Source of the DNA: a virus
Lineage: Duplodnaviria > Caudoviricetes
Virus record (IMG/VR): IMGVR_UViG_3300017766_000361
Location: 1-55,454 of that record
Direction: 5' to 3' (one strand)
Length of the DNA: 55,454 bases
The position numbers were made by a program, and so were the translations under genes. This document shows, piece by piece, positions 17,142 to 26,582 of the stretch. Below the pieces are notes generated by a model. That model ran no database searches. It had not been told where the DNA came from and was given only the letters and a program-made list of their open reading frames with translations. Each line of letters opens with the position of its first letter. Position 1 is the first letter of the stretch.

Positions 17142-18050
17142 ATGTCTATCCAATTGACGAAGCCCAAGAGCCTGATCGATCTCTCTACATCCGCGATTCT
17201 GGTCAATGTCCGCACGACCGTGTGGACTGGCACACAGACCGATGACGAGGTGAGCGACGAGATTACCGCGCTCAAGAACACTGACCGTGATGCCGGGAAG
17301 TTCGCTAAACACTTGCTTGCCGGTGACCCGCAGCACAAGAAGTTGGTGAACCATCGCCAGACCGTACGCAATTGGTTCAAGCGTCGAACATATTCGTGGG
17401 CAGGGCAGTGGGGAATCTTGCCGATTGTGAACTACCCCACATTCAACGAGGAATACAAGGCACTCGAAACCAAACTGATTGAGTTGCGCGAGGACTTCCT
17501 CAATGCGTATCCCAACAAGGTGAGCGACATGGCGTTCAAGTTGAACGGGATGTTTCGACGTGAGGACTACCCCACGGTGGAAGAACTACGCAACAAATTC
17601 ACCATGCGGCTGTACACCGCCGAAGTACCGCAGGGTGATTTCCGTGTGCAGATTGCCCACGACCTTGCCGAGGACTTGACCAATCACTTCAACAAGCAAG
17701 CGCAGTCCACCATCGACAACATGCTCAATCAACAGGTCAATCAGTTGGTCGAGGTCATGCAGTCGATATCCCACACATGTGGCGAGAATGTGGTCGAGCG
17801 TGAAGATGGTTCGCTCAAGGTCACTCGCGGTCGCTTGCATACTGAAACACTCAAGAAAGCATTGGCTTACTGCGACACCTTCAAAGCGTTCAATCCTGCC
17901 GGGGACACGCGGTTGGATGCCATACGCATTGAACTGGAGCGGGTGCTGACTGGCGTGGACATGGACGAGTTGAAGAAGAACGACTCGACCCGCGCCTATG
18001 TCAAGGCTGAGGTGGACGACATCCTGTCGAAGTTTGGGTTTGGTAACTAA
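17142..18050 (+). CDS. DUF3150-like helical protein associated with the AAA/VWA module
   Basis: 302 aa; F..EDYP..EEL..KF motif; AAGGAG RBS. Confidence 0.6.
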   Translation: MSIQLTKPKSLIDLSTSAILVNVRTTVWTGTQTDDEVSDEITALKNTDRDAGKFAKHLLAGDPQHKKLVNHRQTVRNWFKRRTYSWAGQWGILPIVNYPTFNEEYKALETKLIELREDFLNAYPNKVSDMAFKLNGMFRREDYPTVEELRNKFTMRLYTAEVPQGDFRVQIAHDLAEDLTNHFNKQAQSTIDNMLNQQVNQLVEVMQSISHTCGENVVEREDGSLKVTRGRLHTETLKKALAYCDTFKAFNPAGDTRLDAIRIELERVLTGVDMDELKKNDSTRAYVKAEVDDILSKFGFGN

Positions 18051-18054
18051 TCAC

Positions 18055-18072
18055 TTCCACCTATGGGTGGAA
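18055..18072. promoter_or_regulatory. Palindromic operator-like site 5 (TTCCACCTATGGGTGGAA)
   Basis: Exact reverse complement of site 1; upstream of the AAA gene RBS. Confidence 0.75.
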
Positions 18073-18091
18073 TCACAACGAGGAGAAACAC

Positions 18092-19210
18092 ATGTCTAAA
18101 TCTGCAACCATCAACACTGCGCCATCGGTGGACATCAACGAGTGTGCGCGGCTCATTGAGTTGACTGGCGAGAGCGTGACTTATGTCATCCAGTCATCGC
18201 CGGGTCAAGGCAAGACTTCCATCTTGAAGTTGCTTGCCCAACGCAACGGAGACAAGTGGCGCAAGCCGGGAGATAACTTCCCGACTGACAAGTACCAGTA
18301 TGTCTATATCGACGGCGGTACGCTGCGCGAGAACGACCTGTCAATGTATATGCCAGACCGCGAGACGAAGACGATCGAGCAGTATGTCAGTGGGCTGATT
18401 GACTTCACTGACCCGCGACCGAAGGTGGTGATGATTGACGAGATACTCAAACTGCCCAAGTTGTTGAAGCCGCTGGTCACTCGCTTGATTCTTGAGCGGT
18501 ACATCGGTGACCGCAGATTGCCGGACGGCAGCAGGGTGTTCGGCACATCTAACTATTCGTCAGACGGTGTGAACGACAACATCGAAGCACACGTTGGCAA
18601 TCGCATTGGCTTGCTCAACATGCGTGGGCCAAGTTCAAGGCAGTGGGCAGCGTGGGCGGGTGAGAACAACATCAGTGCGCTGACCCGCGCTTGGGTGTCA
18701 CTCAATGAGTCTGCGTTTGCGTCATACAAAGACGGGGATGTGTCGGGCAACCCGTATGTGTTCAATCCTCGCTCGACCAATGTGTCGTTCGTATCACCCC
18801 GTTCGCTTGAGAAGAACGACTCTGTGGTCAAGTTGTGGGAGGTGCTTGGGTTTGATGTATCACTTGCTGCGATGTGCGGCATCGTGGGTAGAGCAGCAGC
18901 CGAGTCCATGGCGAACTTCTTCAAGATGAATAGTGATCTGATCAAGCCAACCGACATCTTCATCAACCCCGAGAGCGTTCGCTTGCCAGAGAAAACCGCT
19001 GCGCTGTTCATGACGATGTTCAATCTGGTGGATGCCATCAGTACGAACGACGAGATGACGAGCGCGATGATGTTCATCAAACGAGCCACGACGAAGGAGT
19101 TGCAGTCCATCTTTGTATCGATGGTCTACGCTCCCAAGTTACACAAACTCGCCAAGAACAACGCAGCGGTGTCGCAGTTTGTGCGGGACAACCCGGAACT
19201 GTTGGTCTAA
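18092..19210 (+). CDS. AAA+ ATPase (MoxR/dynein-related)
   Basis: Walker A SSPGQGKTS, Walker B VMIDE, TSN, NR, SPRS. Confidence 0.85.
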   Translation: MSKSATINTAPSVDINECARLIELTGESVTYVIQSSPGQGKTSILKLLAQRNGDKWRKPGDNFPTDKYQYVYIDGGTLRENDLSMYMPDRETKTIEQYVSGLIDFTDPRPKVVMIDEILKLPKLLKPLVTRLILERYIGDRRLPDGSRVFGTSNYSSDGVNDNIEAHVGNRIGLLNMRGPSSRQWAAWAGENNISALTRAWVSLNESAFASYKDGDVSGNPYVFNPRSTNVSFVSPRSLEKNDSVVKLWEVLGFDVSLAAMCGIVGRAAAESMANFFKMNSDLIKPTDIFINPESVRLPEKTAALFMTMFNLVDAISTNDEMTSAMMFIKRATTKELQSIFVSMVYAPKLHKLAKNNAAVSQFVRDNPELLV

Positions 19211-19225
19211 TCAACGAGGTGCATC

Positions 19226-20389
19226 ATGCAAGAAGCAATCAAAAAACTGGAGAAAGCAACGGTTGACCTGTTGCGTCACCCCGAGACGGCAGCGTATGCC
19301 GGTGTGTTGGTGATGGGCAAGACAACTGTCGTGGACAATATACCAACCGCTTGCACGGATGGTGTCAACGAGAAGTATGGCGAGGCGTTCCTCAACAAAC
19401 TGATGTTGCCCGAGGTGCGCGGTTTGAAGTTGCACGAAGGTCTACACAAAGTGTTCAAGCACACGGTGCGTGGCTTGCCGTATTGGAAGAAGAACGCCAA
19501 GTTGGCGAACATGGCGGCTGACTATGTAGTCAATGATGTAATCATGAACATCAAGGACAAGGCGTTCATCAAGTTACCGGACGGTGGCTTGTATGACTCC
19601 AAGTTCCACGGATGGTCTTACCCCGAAATCTACCGACACTTGGAGAAGGAAGAAGAACAAGGCGGACAAGGCAACGGTGCAGGCCAACCGTTTGATGAAC
19701 ATGACATGAGCAATGCTGAACAGATGTCGGCAGAGGAGATGAAGGAGTATGTCGATCAAGTCAACGAAGCCATCCACCAAGGCGGGTTGTTGGCGGGGCG
19801 GTTCGGTCAGAAGTTGCCGAGGTCAGTCACCGAGACGCTGCAGCCGAAGGTCGATTGGACGACTGCCTTGCGTGAGTTCGTTTCAAGCATTGCTCAAGGC
19901 AACGATGAGCATACCTATCGCAAGTTCGACAAACGGATGATTCTGGATGACATCATTCAGCCGGGAGTCATGAGCGAGAAGATTGGCGACATCGTGGTGG
20001 CTATCGATACGTCGGGCAGCATCAGTGCTGCGATGATTAACGAGTTCGCCGCTGAGTTGCAGTCTATCTGTGAGCAAGTAAACCCCGATGCACTGCGCGT
20101 CATGTGGTGGGACACGACGGTCAGTAGCGAGCAGGTGTTCACACCAGACGGGTTCAACGATATATCCAAGTTGTTGAAACCCACGGGCGGAGGTGGCACG
20201 CATGTGTCGTGCGTGAGCGAACATATGCTCAAGCGTAACTACAAAGCCGACTGTGTGTTGGTGTTCACCGATGGTTATGTTGAGGACGATGTGAAGTGGG
20301 ATGTGATGTGTCCGACATTGTGGCTCGTGACAAGCAAGCGTGACTTTGTGCCGCCGAACGGTGGCAAAACCGTAAAAGTGGAGGTGTGA
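19226..20389 (+). CDS. DUF2201-type metallopeptidase plus VWA-like domain protein
   Basis: TACTDG, HEGLH, N.AADY..N; VWA motifs IDTSGS, GGGGT, FTDG. Confidence 0.85.
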   Translation: MQEAIKKLEKATVDLLRHPETAAYAGVLVMGKTTVVDNIPTACTDGVNEKYGEAFLNKLMLPEVRGLKLHEGLHKVFKHTVRGLPYWKKNAKLANMAADYVVNDVIMNIKDKAFIKLPDGGLYDSKFHGWSYPEIYRHLEKEEEQGGQGNGAGQPFDEHDMSNAEQMSAEEMKEYVDQVNEAIHQGGLLAGRFGQKLPRSVTETLQPKVDWTTALREFVSSIAQGNDEHTYRKFDKRMILDDIIQPGVMSEKIGDIVVAIDTSGSISAAMINEFAAELQSICEQVNPDALRVMWWDTTVSSEQVFTPDGFNDISKLLKPTGGGGTHVSCVSEHMLKRNYKADCVLVFTDGYVEDDVKWDVMCPTLWLVTSKRDFVPPNGGKTVKVEV

Positions 20390-20390
20390 G

Positions 20391-20597
20391 ATGAACGAGG
20401 CAAAGAAGTATGTGGTGTCAGTCAGTAAGGCGGTTGACTTTAATTTGATGACCCCGTTTACAACGAAGAAAAGTTATTGGCTTGGCTTTATACGTTGCGA
20501 TCATAAAACCGTGGCAAGGACGGGCAAACACAAGACTCGCAAAGCCGCCAAGAGTGAAGTCGAAAAACTTTTGAAACAAATTGAGCAGGGGGTGTGA
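20391..20597 (+). CDS. Hypothetical protein
   Basis: 68 aa; GGAGG RBS. Confidence 0.55.
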   Translation: MNEAKKYVVSVSKAVDFNLMTPFTTKKSYWLGFIRCDHKTVARTGKHKTRKAAKSEVEKLLKQIEQGV

Positions 20598-20598
20598 G

Positions 20599-20853
20599 AT
20601 GAAAGTTACATTTGTGGTCTACGACCATCAGAACAATTCAATAAGTTTGGTGAAGAGCGAGGTGAAGGGTAATAAACCTAAAGAGGCAGAATGGGAAAGA
20701 GCAGCGAAAGAAGCGAAAGATAAGATCGCGCAGATAGGAGACAAGAAACTTTCTGCATGGGTAGGTAAGAAGTATCGCGGTACGTATTCAATCTCATCCG
20801 TGCTGAAAGGTTGGGTGGACTTTGAAGATCGCGCCCCAATCGAATTAGGCTAA
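20599..20853 (+). CDS. Hypothetical protein
   Basis: 84 aa from ATG 20599. Confidence 0.55.
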   Translation: MKVTFVVYDHQNNSISLVKSEVKGNKPKEAEWERAAKEAKDKIAQIGDKKLSAWVGKKYRGTYSISSVLKGWVDFEDRAPIELG

Positions 20854-20866
20854 CAGGAGACCTAAC

Positions 20867-21907
20867 ATGTCTAAACGAATCAGTAAATCATTTGCCCTAA
20901 ACGCGACTGACCTTTTCGCGCCATGGGTTCCGGTAACGGCACAGAATGCACTGAAGCAGTCGCCGTTGTATCTTCCGTTTTTGAAAGTGTATTCCAAGAC
21001 CAAACTGCGCTGTGTCGAAATAGCACACAATAACGACCGCGATAGTCCGCAGATTACCGTACACCTTGGTCTGCCCAACAACTTCCGTGTGGCATACATG
21101 GGGATGTCTGGCAGGAACTTTCGCGTCTGTTCGTACGACACTCCCGACGCACTGCCGCGATACTCGACGCACTTGGGTAACTCTGAGAAGTGTATGTATC
21201 TGGTCAATCGCATACTCAACCCTGCAAACTCTGCCGGGGCGACATTTGATCGTGCGCTGTCCACAGCGTTGAACTTTCACAACCATATTGCCAACAACAT
21301 GGGACGAGCCGTGACCAATCACTTGCGGGAGAAGTTTCCTGCTAGTTATTCGGTGATGTCGGACATCAACGGCGAGTCAGCGACTTGGTTGATCAAGCGT
21401 TACTTCAACGATGTTGCCGAAGCAGATATCCCCTCGCGTGTGCGTGATGCGATTAACAAAGCGCACTCTGCCATGACAGCATCTCGCTCTAATCATTCCT
21501 CAAACGTTGTAAAACTTGGTGAGTTCTTTGATCGTGAGAAGTGGGTGTTTGGCTATGGCAAAGATGTCGGCTACTTCATTGGTGCGGCGCATTTCAAACA
21601 GACGTTCGACAACTACTCACACATCGATAGCGTTTACTCTATCTCTGACGAGACAGATGGCTGCAACATGACGCTGCCGATTGAGTACTACCGCACATTT
21701 CAGAATGTTCCCGAAGACATACGCAAGAGTTTGCTTGCCTCTGTCGCCATGACGAAGATGTATCTTGAAGGCGGTACGAACAGAGTGGACTACTGCGACC
21801 CCGAACGACTGATCCCGTCATCGCTTACTTTGTCGATTGATGCAAATTCTTGCTCAGACAGTGTGCGTGGGATGGGCGCTCACTGGATGTTGGTAGATCG
21901 TATATGA
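20867..21907 (+). CDS. Hypothetical protein
   Basis: 346 aa; AGGAG RBS; no motif recognised. Confidence 0.75.
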   Translation: MSKRISKSFALNATDLFAPWVPVTAQNALKQSPLYLPFLKVYSKTKLRCVEIAHNNDRDSPQITVHLGLPNNFRVAYMGMSGRNFRVCSYDTPDALPRYSTHLGNSEKCMYLVNRILNPANSAGATFDRALSTALNFHNHIANNMGRAVTNHLREKFPASYSVMSDINGESATWLIKRYFNDVAEADIPSRVRDAINKAHSAMTASRSNHSSNVVKLGEFFDREKWVFGYGKDVGYFIGAAHFKQTFDNYSHIDSVYSISDETDGCNMTLPIEYYRTFQNVPEDIRKSLLASVAMTKMYLEGGTNRVDYCDPERLIPSSLTLSIDANSCSDSVRGMGAHWMLVDRI

Positions 21908-22188
21908 CCCCAGAAGCCAAAGTTAAAAAACGTGTTAAGCAAATCTTATCGGAGGTGGGAGCGTACTACGCCATGCCAATAGGAACTGGTTTCGGAAACG
22001 CAGGGGTTCCCGATTTTTTAGTTTGTTTACGCGGAAAATTTTATGGTATAGAGTGTAAAGCCAACGGTGGCAAGCCCACCGCGCTTCAATTGAAGCATCT
22101 CGATGACATCCGTAAAACAGGTGGCATCGCATTGTTGATAGATGAAACAAACGTAGAGACCCTACGCAAGGAGTTTAGTCATGAGTAA
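21904..22188 (+). CDS. VRR-NUC domain nuclease (Holliday junction resolvase-like)
   Basis: TPE.KVK, GVPD, IECKA..GKPT.LQ. Confidence 0.85.
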   Translation: MTPEAKVKKRVKQILSEVGAYYAMPIGTGFGNAGVPDFLVCLRGKFYGIECKANGGKPTALQLKHLDDIRKTGGIALLIDETNVETLRKEFSHE

Positions 22189-22663
22189 GAGCGATAAAAT
22201 TCGCCGTTTATTGGCGCGTGGTTTGAAGATCAAAGAAATCGCCAAGCAAACTGGCGCAACCGTAAACTTGGTGCATCAAGTCAAGTGGCAAGCCGAGAGA
22301 AAGAAGAAAGCACAGCCCGAACGCAGCCACAATCCGAAGGTCGTGAAGGCTGAAAAGAAGTACATCAAGAAGGTCAAGGCAGCATTCAAAAGCCCACGGT
22401 CGAGGCTTATCCAAGAAGTCTTTCAAGCCAAAAAAGCGTTGGAAGTGATTTCCCCTCCCGACATGGTGAACCATCCTCCGCACTACAAGGCCGGTGGTAT
22501 CGAGACCATCGACTTCATCGAAGCGAAGGACTTGAACTATCGTTTGGGTAACGTGGTGAAGTATGTGAGCCGTGCGGGTAAGAAGTCTTCCGATCCCGTG
22601 CAGGACTTGGAGAAGGCGTTGTTCTATCTCAAGCGTGAGATCGATGCGAGGAAGGGAGCATGA
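22181..22663 (+). CDS. HTH plus DUF3310 (T7 gp1.7-like nucleotide kinase family) protein
   Basis: D.VNHP.HY..GGIE.IDFI...GNVVKY..RAGKK....DL.KA. Confidence 0.8.
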   Translation: MSKSDKIRRLLARGLKIKEIAKQTGATVNLVHQVKWQAERKKKAQPERSHNPKVVKAEKKYIKKVKAAFKSPRSRLIQEVFQAKKALEVISPPDMVNHPPHYKAGGIETIDFIEAKDLNYRLGNVVKYVSRAGKKSSDPVQDLEKALFYLKREIDARKGA

Positions 22664-23298
22664 ACGCTATTCAAATTGGGCGTAAGCGACTGAGCGACAT
22701 CGTATGGGGCATCATCGACGAACGGGTGGCTGACTACCCGTTTGAGAAGATTGAAAAGATTGTAGAAGAGCAACAAGAGTTGCGAACGCAAGCCGACTAC
22801 AACACAGGGTCATTACCTGTGGAAGATGCGTTTGAGTTATACAAGGTAGTGAAGTTCTTTCAGCCCAAGGTCATTGCCGAAGTAGGTACGTTTATCGGTG
22901 TGTCTACAAAGACGATGAACTTGGCTATGGAACAGTTGGTAGACATCTATACCTGTGACCACTCCAACGACATCAATCTGGGTGCGCTGAATATCTTTCA
23001 GTATTGCAAGATGCCGTCCCATGAGATGTTTGCTGAAATGGCGGAGGATGAACTGAAGGCTGATTTGATCTATCTCGACGGTCGCTTGAGTCAGCAAGAC
23101 GTTGAACCGCTCAACAAGATCATTCACGACAAGACGGTGTTTGTATTGGATGACTTTGAGGGGACGGAAAAGGGCGTGGCTAACGCCATGATGTTGGAAT
23201 CGCCGGGAAGAGTGTTGGTCTACCCACGTGAAGGCAGGAAGACCGCGATGTCGATACCGATGACCCTACTTCAGATTGTCCCGCAGGAGGCCACATGA
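22660..23298 (+). CDS. Class I SAM-dependent methyltransferase (Methyltransf_24-like)
   Basis: EVGTFIGVST, DLIYLDG, VLDD; no DNA-MTase DPPY/NPPY or PC motif. Confidence 0.75.
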   Translation: MNAIQIGRKRLSDIVWGIIDERVADYPFEKIEKIVEEQQELRTQADYNTGSLPVEDAFELYKVVKFFQPKVIAEVGTFIGVSTKTMNLAMEQLVDIYTCDHSNDINLGALNIFQYCKMPSHEMFAEMAEDELKADLIYLDGRLSQQDVEPLNKIIHDKTVFVLDDFEGTEKGVANAMMLESPGRVLVYPREGRKTAMSIPMTLLQIVPQEAT

Positions 23299-23411
23299 TC
23301 CGTGCATTGATTGACTGGTGGAGACGGCGTAAGGCCGACGCATATCGTGATTGGGCGCACGTACCGCCGCCAAACTGGCGTTGCAGCAAGGGCGGGAGGG
23401 AGTACTGGTGA
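23295..23411 (+). CDS. Small Trp-rich peptide (38 aa)
   Basis: AGGAGG RBS; ATGA and GTGA overlaps on both sides; MIRALIDWW...HVPPPNWRCS. Confidence 0.55.
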   Translation: MIRALIDWWRRRKADAYRDWAHVPPPNWRCSKGGREYW

Positions 23412-25270
23412 GCGAAGAACCCAAGCAGAAAAGTCTTGCTGAGTTTGCACAGGCCATCTACAAGATGGGCGTCGAGGCGGCTGAAAGCGGTAACTACGAC
23501 GAGGCTATCGGCATCTTGAGTAACGTACACGTTGCGTTGCCAATCATGACGGCAGTCGAGTTGCAGATCGGACGATGCCATTGGGAGATGCACCGTTGGA
23601 ATCTTGCACGACAGCACTTTGAGATTGCTGCCCAACTAGAGCCGCACAACGACGATGCAGGATGGACTGTTGGACTTCTAGCCCTACAGATGGGCGACTT
23701 CAAGAAGGGTTGGGAAGGCTACGAGCGACGATGGGGGAGCAAGTCTTTCAAGTCTCCCAAACTGCACACCAAGCACCCGCAGTGGGAGCGTGGCAAGGGA
23801 CTGCGCCGTCCGATCATCTGGTGTGAACAAGGCGTAGGCGATCAGATTTTGTATGGTTCGCTGATTGAAGCGTTGGCACGGGAGGTCGATGAGATCACCG
23901 TCATGGTTGACCTGCGTATGGCTAATCTCTTCCAACGTGGGTGCAGGGCGAAGAACGTCAAGTTCCTATCGCACAATGCACGGGTCAAGATGAGCGAACA
24001 TGACTCGCACATACCGATTGCGTCCTTGGGTAAATACTTCATCAACTCAGTGCGTGACATAGCACCGAGCGTGTCGTTCAGTTATCTCAAGGCCGACCCA
24101 GAGCGCGTAGCCATGCTCCGCAAGGAGTACAAACTGGACGAGGATGACTTTGTAGTAGGACTTTCTTGGACAAGTACCGCACCTGTGATCGGGCAGCACA
24201 AGTCTGTTCCGTTGGAGGCGTTCCGTCCGATTCTGGATAAGCCGAACTTGAAGTTCATCAACCTTCAGTTTGGTGAGGTTCAAGAGCAAGGCCGGGACTT
24301 TCATCCGAACTTAATCACTACGCATATTGATACGTTCTTTGATTTGGAGAACGTGGCCGCACTCATGGAGATATGCAGTGTAGTCATCTCGCCATCCTGC
24401 ACGACCGTGCATCTGGCAGGAGCGATGGGTAAGGATGTTCTATTACTTGATGCCAACAAACTCTGGTACTGGAACAACCGAGTCGGCAACCAGAGTCTGT
24501 GGTACAGCGGAGTGAAGATTTATCAGCGCGAGAACATGAACGCGCCGTGGGACTTGCAGTTGCAGCAAGTGAAAATGCAACTTGAAGTCATGTTGCTTGA
24601 ACGAGAACCCGACCAACAGACCTTTGTGTTTTTCCACGTGGGCAAGGACATTTCTTATCCACAGAAGATGGTCAAGTCCCTGCTGCGGCACAACCCAAGT
24701 GCCGACATCATCATGTGTACGGACAGCGCGACACCCGATGTAATGGGCGTAACTGACAGGTTTGAGATAGAAGTAGACCCAAACAACTTGATGTACTCAA
24801 GAGTCAAGGCGTATGCACGGCTCGACATCAATGGCCCTGCACTCTATCTGGACACCGACATGATCGTGCAGAGTTGGGTTGACATCGAAGAGATGTTGAG
24901 TGGCACAGAAATCGCGTTCTGTAAGAGGTCATTCAACATCGACACGGAGTTCAACATCGAGCAGCGTGGGCTGACGTTTGATGAGTACAAGGGTAAAACT
25001 ATGGGAGAACTATACCCGTATGTGGGCTGCGCTGTAGCGGTCAAGGACTCGCAAGTGTGGGTAGAGATGCTAAAAATCTACGAGGAACTGCATCCGAAGT
25101 TCCGTACGTGGTATGGCGATCAAGAAGTGTTACGCATCTACGCTGAGAAGTACGGCTGTGCCGAGTTCGACGAGTCAGTGTATGCGTGTCTACCCGAACA
25201 CAAGACGGACGATACCAAGATCTTGCACTACAAGGGGCCAAGTCGTAAGCAACTGTTTGAGGCTGTGTGA
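23408..25270 (+). CDS. TPR plus GT-B (GT9-like) plus GT-A (GT8-like) glycosyltransferase fusion
   Basis: TPR helices; W.GYE.RW, EQG.GDQI, VGLSW, HLAGAMG; C-terminal YLDTDM, GDQ, ILHYKG; GTG start after GGAGG. Confidence 0.8.
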   Translation: MSEEPKQKSLAEFAQAIYKMGVEAAESGNYDEAIGILSNVHVALPIMTAVELQIGRCHWEMHRWNLARQHFEIAAQLEPHNDDAGWTVGLLALQMGDFKKGWEGYERRWGSKSFKSPKLHTKHPQWERGKGLRRPIIWCEQGVGDQILYGSLIEALAREVDEITVMVDLRMANLFQRGCRAKNVKFLSHNARVKMSEHDSHIPIASLGKYFINSVRDIAPSVSFSYLKADPERVAMLRKEYKLDEDDFVVGLSWTSTAPVIGQHKSVPLEAFRPILDKPNLKFINLQFGEVQEQGRDFHPNLITTHIDTFFDLENVAALMEICSVVISPSCTTVHLAGAMGKDVLLLDANKLWYWNNRVGNQSLWYSGVKIYQRENMNAPWDLQLQQVKMQLEVMLLEREPDQQTFVFFHVGKDISYPQKMVKSLLRHNPSADIIMCTDSATPDVMGVTDRFEIEVDPNNLMYSRVKAYARLDINGPALYLDTDMIVQSWVDIEEMLSGTEIAFCKRSFNIDTEFNIEQRGLTFDEYKGKTMGELYPYVGCAVAVKDSQVWVEMLKIYEELHPKFRTWYGDQEVLRIYAEKYGCAEFDESVYACLPEHKTDDTKILHYKGPSRKQLFEAV

Positions 25271-25271
25271 T

Positions 25272-25469
25272 ATGAGATGTCCGAAGGTAACGCTGTCATT
25301 TGAGCAGTACAAGATCCTGCTTGACCGTAAGCGTCGGGCGAACGGTAGGAACGTCAAGTACAGAGACTTGATTAAGCAGTGGGGAGTCCCGCACTACCAT
25401 TTATCGACAGCGGTGTACCGTGGGATAAAACAATATGACTACAAACTATGGAAGGAGGAAGCACGATGA
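25272..25469 (+). CDS. Small basic protein, possible HTH
   Basis: 65 aa; YRDLIKQWGV..YHLSTAV. Confidence 0.5.
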   Translation: MRCPKVTLSFEQYKILLDRKRRANGRNVKYRDLIKQWGVPHYHLSTAVYRGIKQYDYKLWKEEAR

Positions 25470-25702
25470 ACCGCGACGACATCATCCGCATGGCGCGGGA
25501 GGCAGGGTGGACAGAGTACTCGCTTTTGCACGCTGTTGAGTTGCAGCGATTAGAAACTTTCGCCGCCCTCGTTGCCGCAGCAGAGCGCGAGGCGTGTGCG
25601 AAGGTGTGTGACAAAGTTGAGTGCGGGGCTGGGATGATGATTGAAGAACGGCACACGGCGAATGAGTGTGCGCGAAAAATCCGCGCTCGGGGGCAGTCAT
25701 GA
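25466..25702 (+). CDS. Hypothetical protein with EREACAKVC motif
   Basis: AGGAGG RBS; ATGA overlap. Confidence 0.65.
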   Translation: MNRDDIIRMAREAGWTEYSLLHAVELQRLETFAALVAAAEREACAKVCDKVECGAGMMIEERHTANECARKIRARGQS

Positions 25703-25908
25703 GCGCCGAGTGTGAGAAAGTCGCCCGGTGGATAATCCACAAAGGCTACGCCACGGGTCATGGCGATACGATTGAGGACTTGCTGACAGAACTAGAATGG
25801 CAAGTTGCTGAACGTGAGCGTGAGGCGTGTGCGAAGGTGTGTGATGGGTGGATGCATGCCAATGGAAATGATTGTGCCGAAGCGATTCGGGCGAGGGGTG
25901 AGGCATGA
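25699..25908 (+). CDS. Hypothetical protein with EREACAKVC motif
   Basis: GYATGHGDTIEDLL; ATGA overlap. Confidence 0.65.
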   Translation: MSAECEKVARWIIHKGYATGHGDTIEDLLTELEWQVAEREREACAKVCDGWMHANGNDCAEAIRARGEA

Positions 25909-26582
25909 AAATCTTTATCGGTTGGGATAGCCGCGAGGACATTGCGTACCAAGTATGCAAGCACTCGCTTGAGAAACATACGAGCATCCCGCTTGACATT
26001 CAGCCAATCAAGCAACAGGAGATGCGCGAAAAGAATTTGTACTGGCGTGAGCACGACCCGCTCTCGTCTACGGAGTTTTCTTTCACACGCTTCTTGGTGC
26101 CGCATCTTGCGGGGTACAAAGGGTGGGCGGTGTTCATGGACTGTGACTTCTTGTGGCGAGGTGATGTCGCTGCGCTACAAGACTACATGAACCCGTACTA
26201 CGGCGTGGTCGTGGTGAAGCATGACTACAAGCCGAAGGAAGCCACCAAGATGGACGGTGCTGTGCAGCACCAGTATCCGCGCAAGAATTGGTCGAGCATG
26301 ATTCTGTGGAACTGTGAGCACCTGCACGTGAAGGCGCTGACCCCCGAGATTGTGAACCGCGAGTCTGGTATGTACTTACATCAGTTGAGGTTCTTGTGGG
26401 ACGCTTGCATAGGCGACCTGCCTATCGCCTACAACTATCTGGAAGGATGGCACACCCGCGAAGACTGCCCGAACCCGCAAGCCGTTCACTTCACCCGAGG
26501 TGGGCCGTGGTTCAAGGACTGGACTGACGTTGAATACGGCAAAGAGTGGATGGACGTAGCGAAGGAGATTGTTCATGAGTGA
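25905..26582 (+). CDS. GT-A fold glycosyltransferase (GT8/CDI-like)
   Basis: IFIG.D.RE, STEFSFTRFLVP, FMDCDF (DxD), YPRKNWSS, VHFT.GGPW. Confidence 0.85.
   Translation: MKIFIGWDSREDIAYQVCKHSLEKHTSIPLDIQPIKQQEMREKNLYWREHDPLSSTEFSFTRFLVPHLAGYKGWAVFMDCDFLWRGDVAALQDYMNPYYGVVVVKHDYKPKEATKMDGAVQHQYPRKNWSSMILWNCEHLHVKALTPEIVNRESGMYLHQLRFLWDACIGDLPIAYNYLEGWHTREDCPNPQAVHFTRGGPWFKDWTDVEYGKEWMDVAKEIVHE

Noticed and set aside
14624-18072. parS or dif identity for the 18-bp palindromes
   Set aside because: They match neither the TGTTTCACGTGAAACA parS consensus nor the dif layout, and no ParAB or recombinase is seen
22660-23298. DNA methyltransferase
   Set aside because: Lacks DPPY/NPPY and PC catalytic motifs; fits small-molecule or glycan O-methyltransferases better
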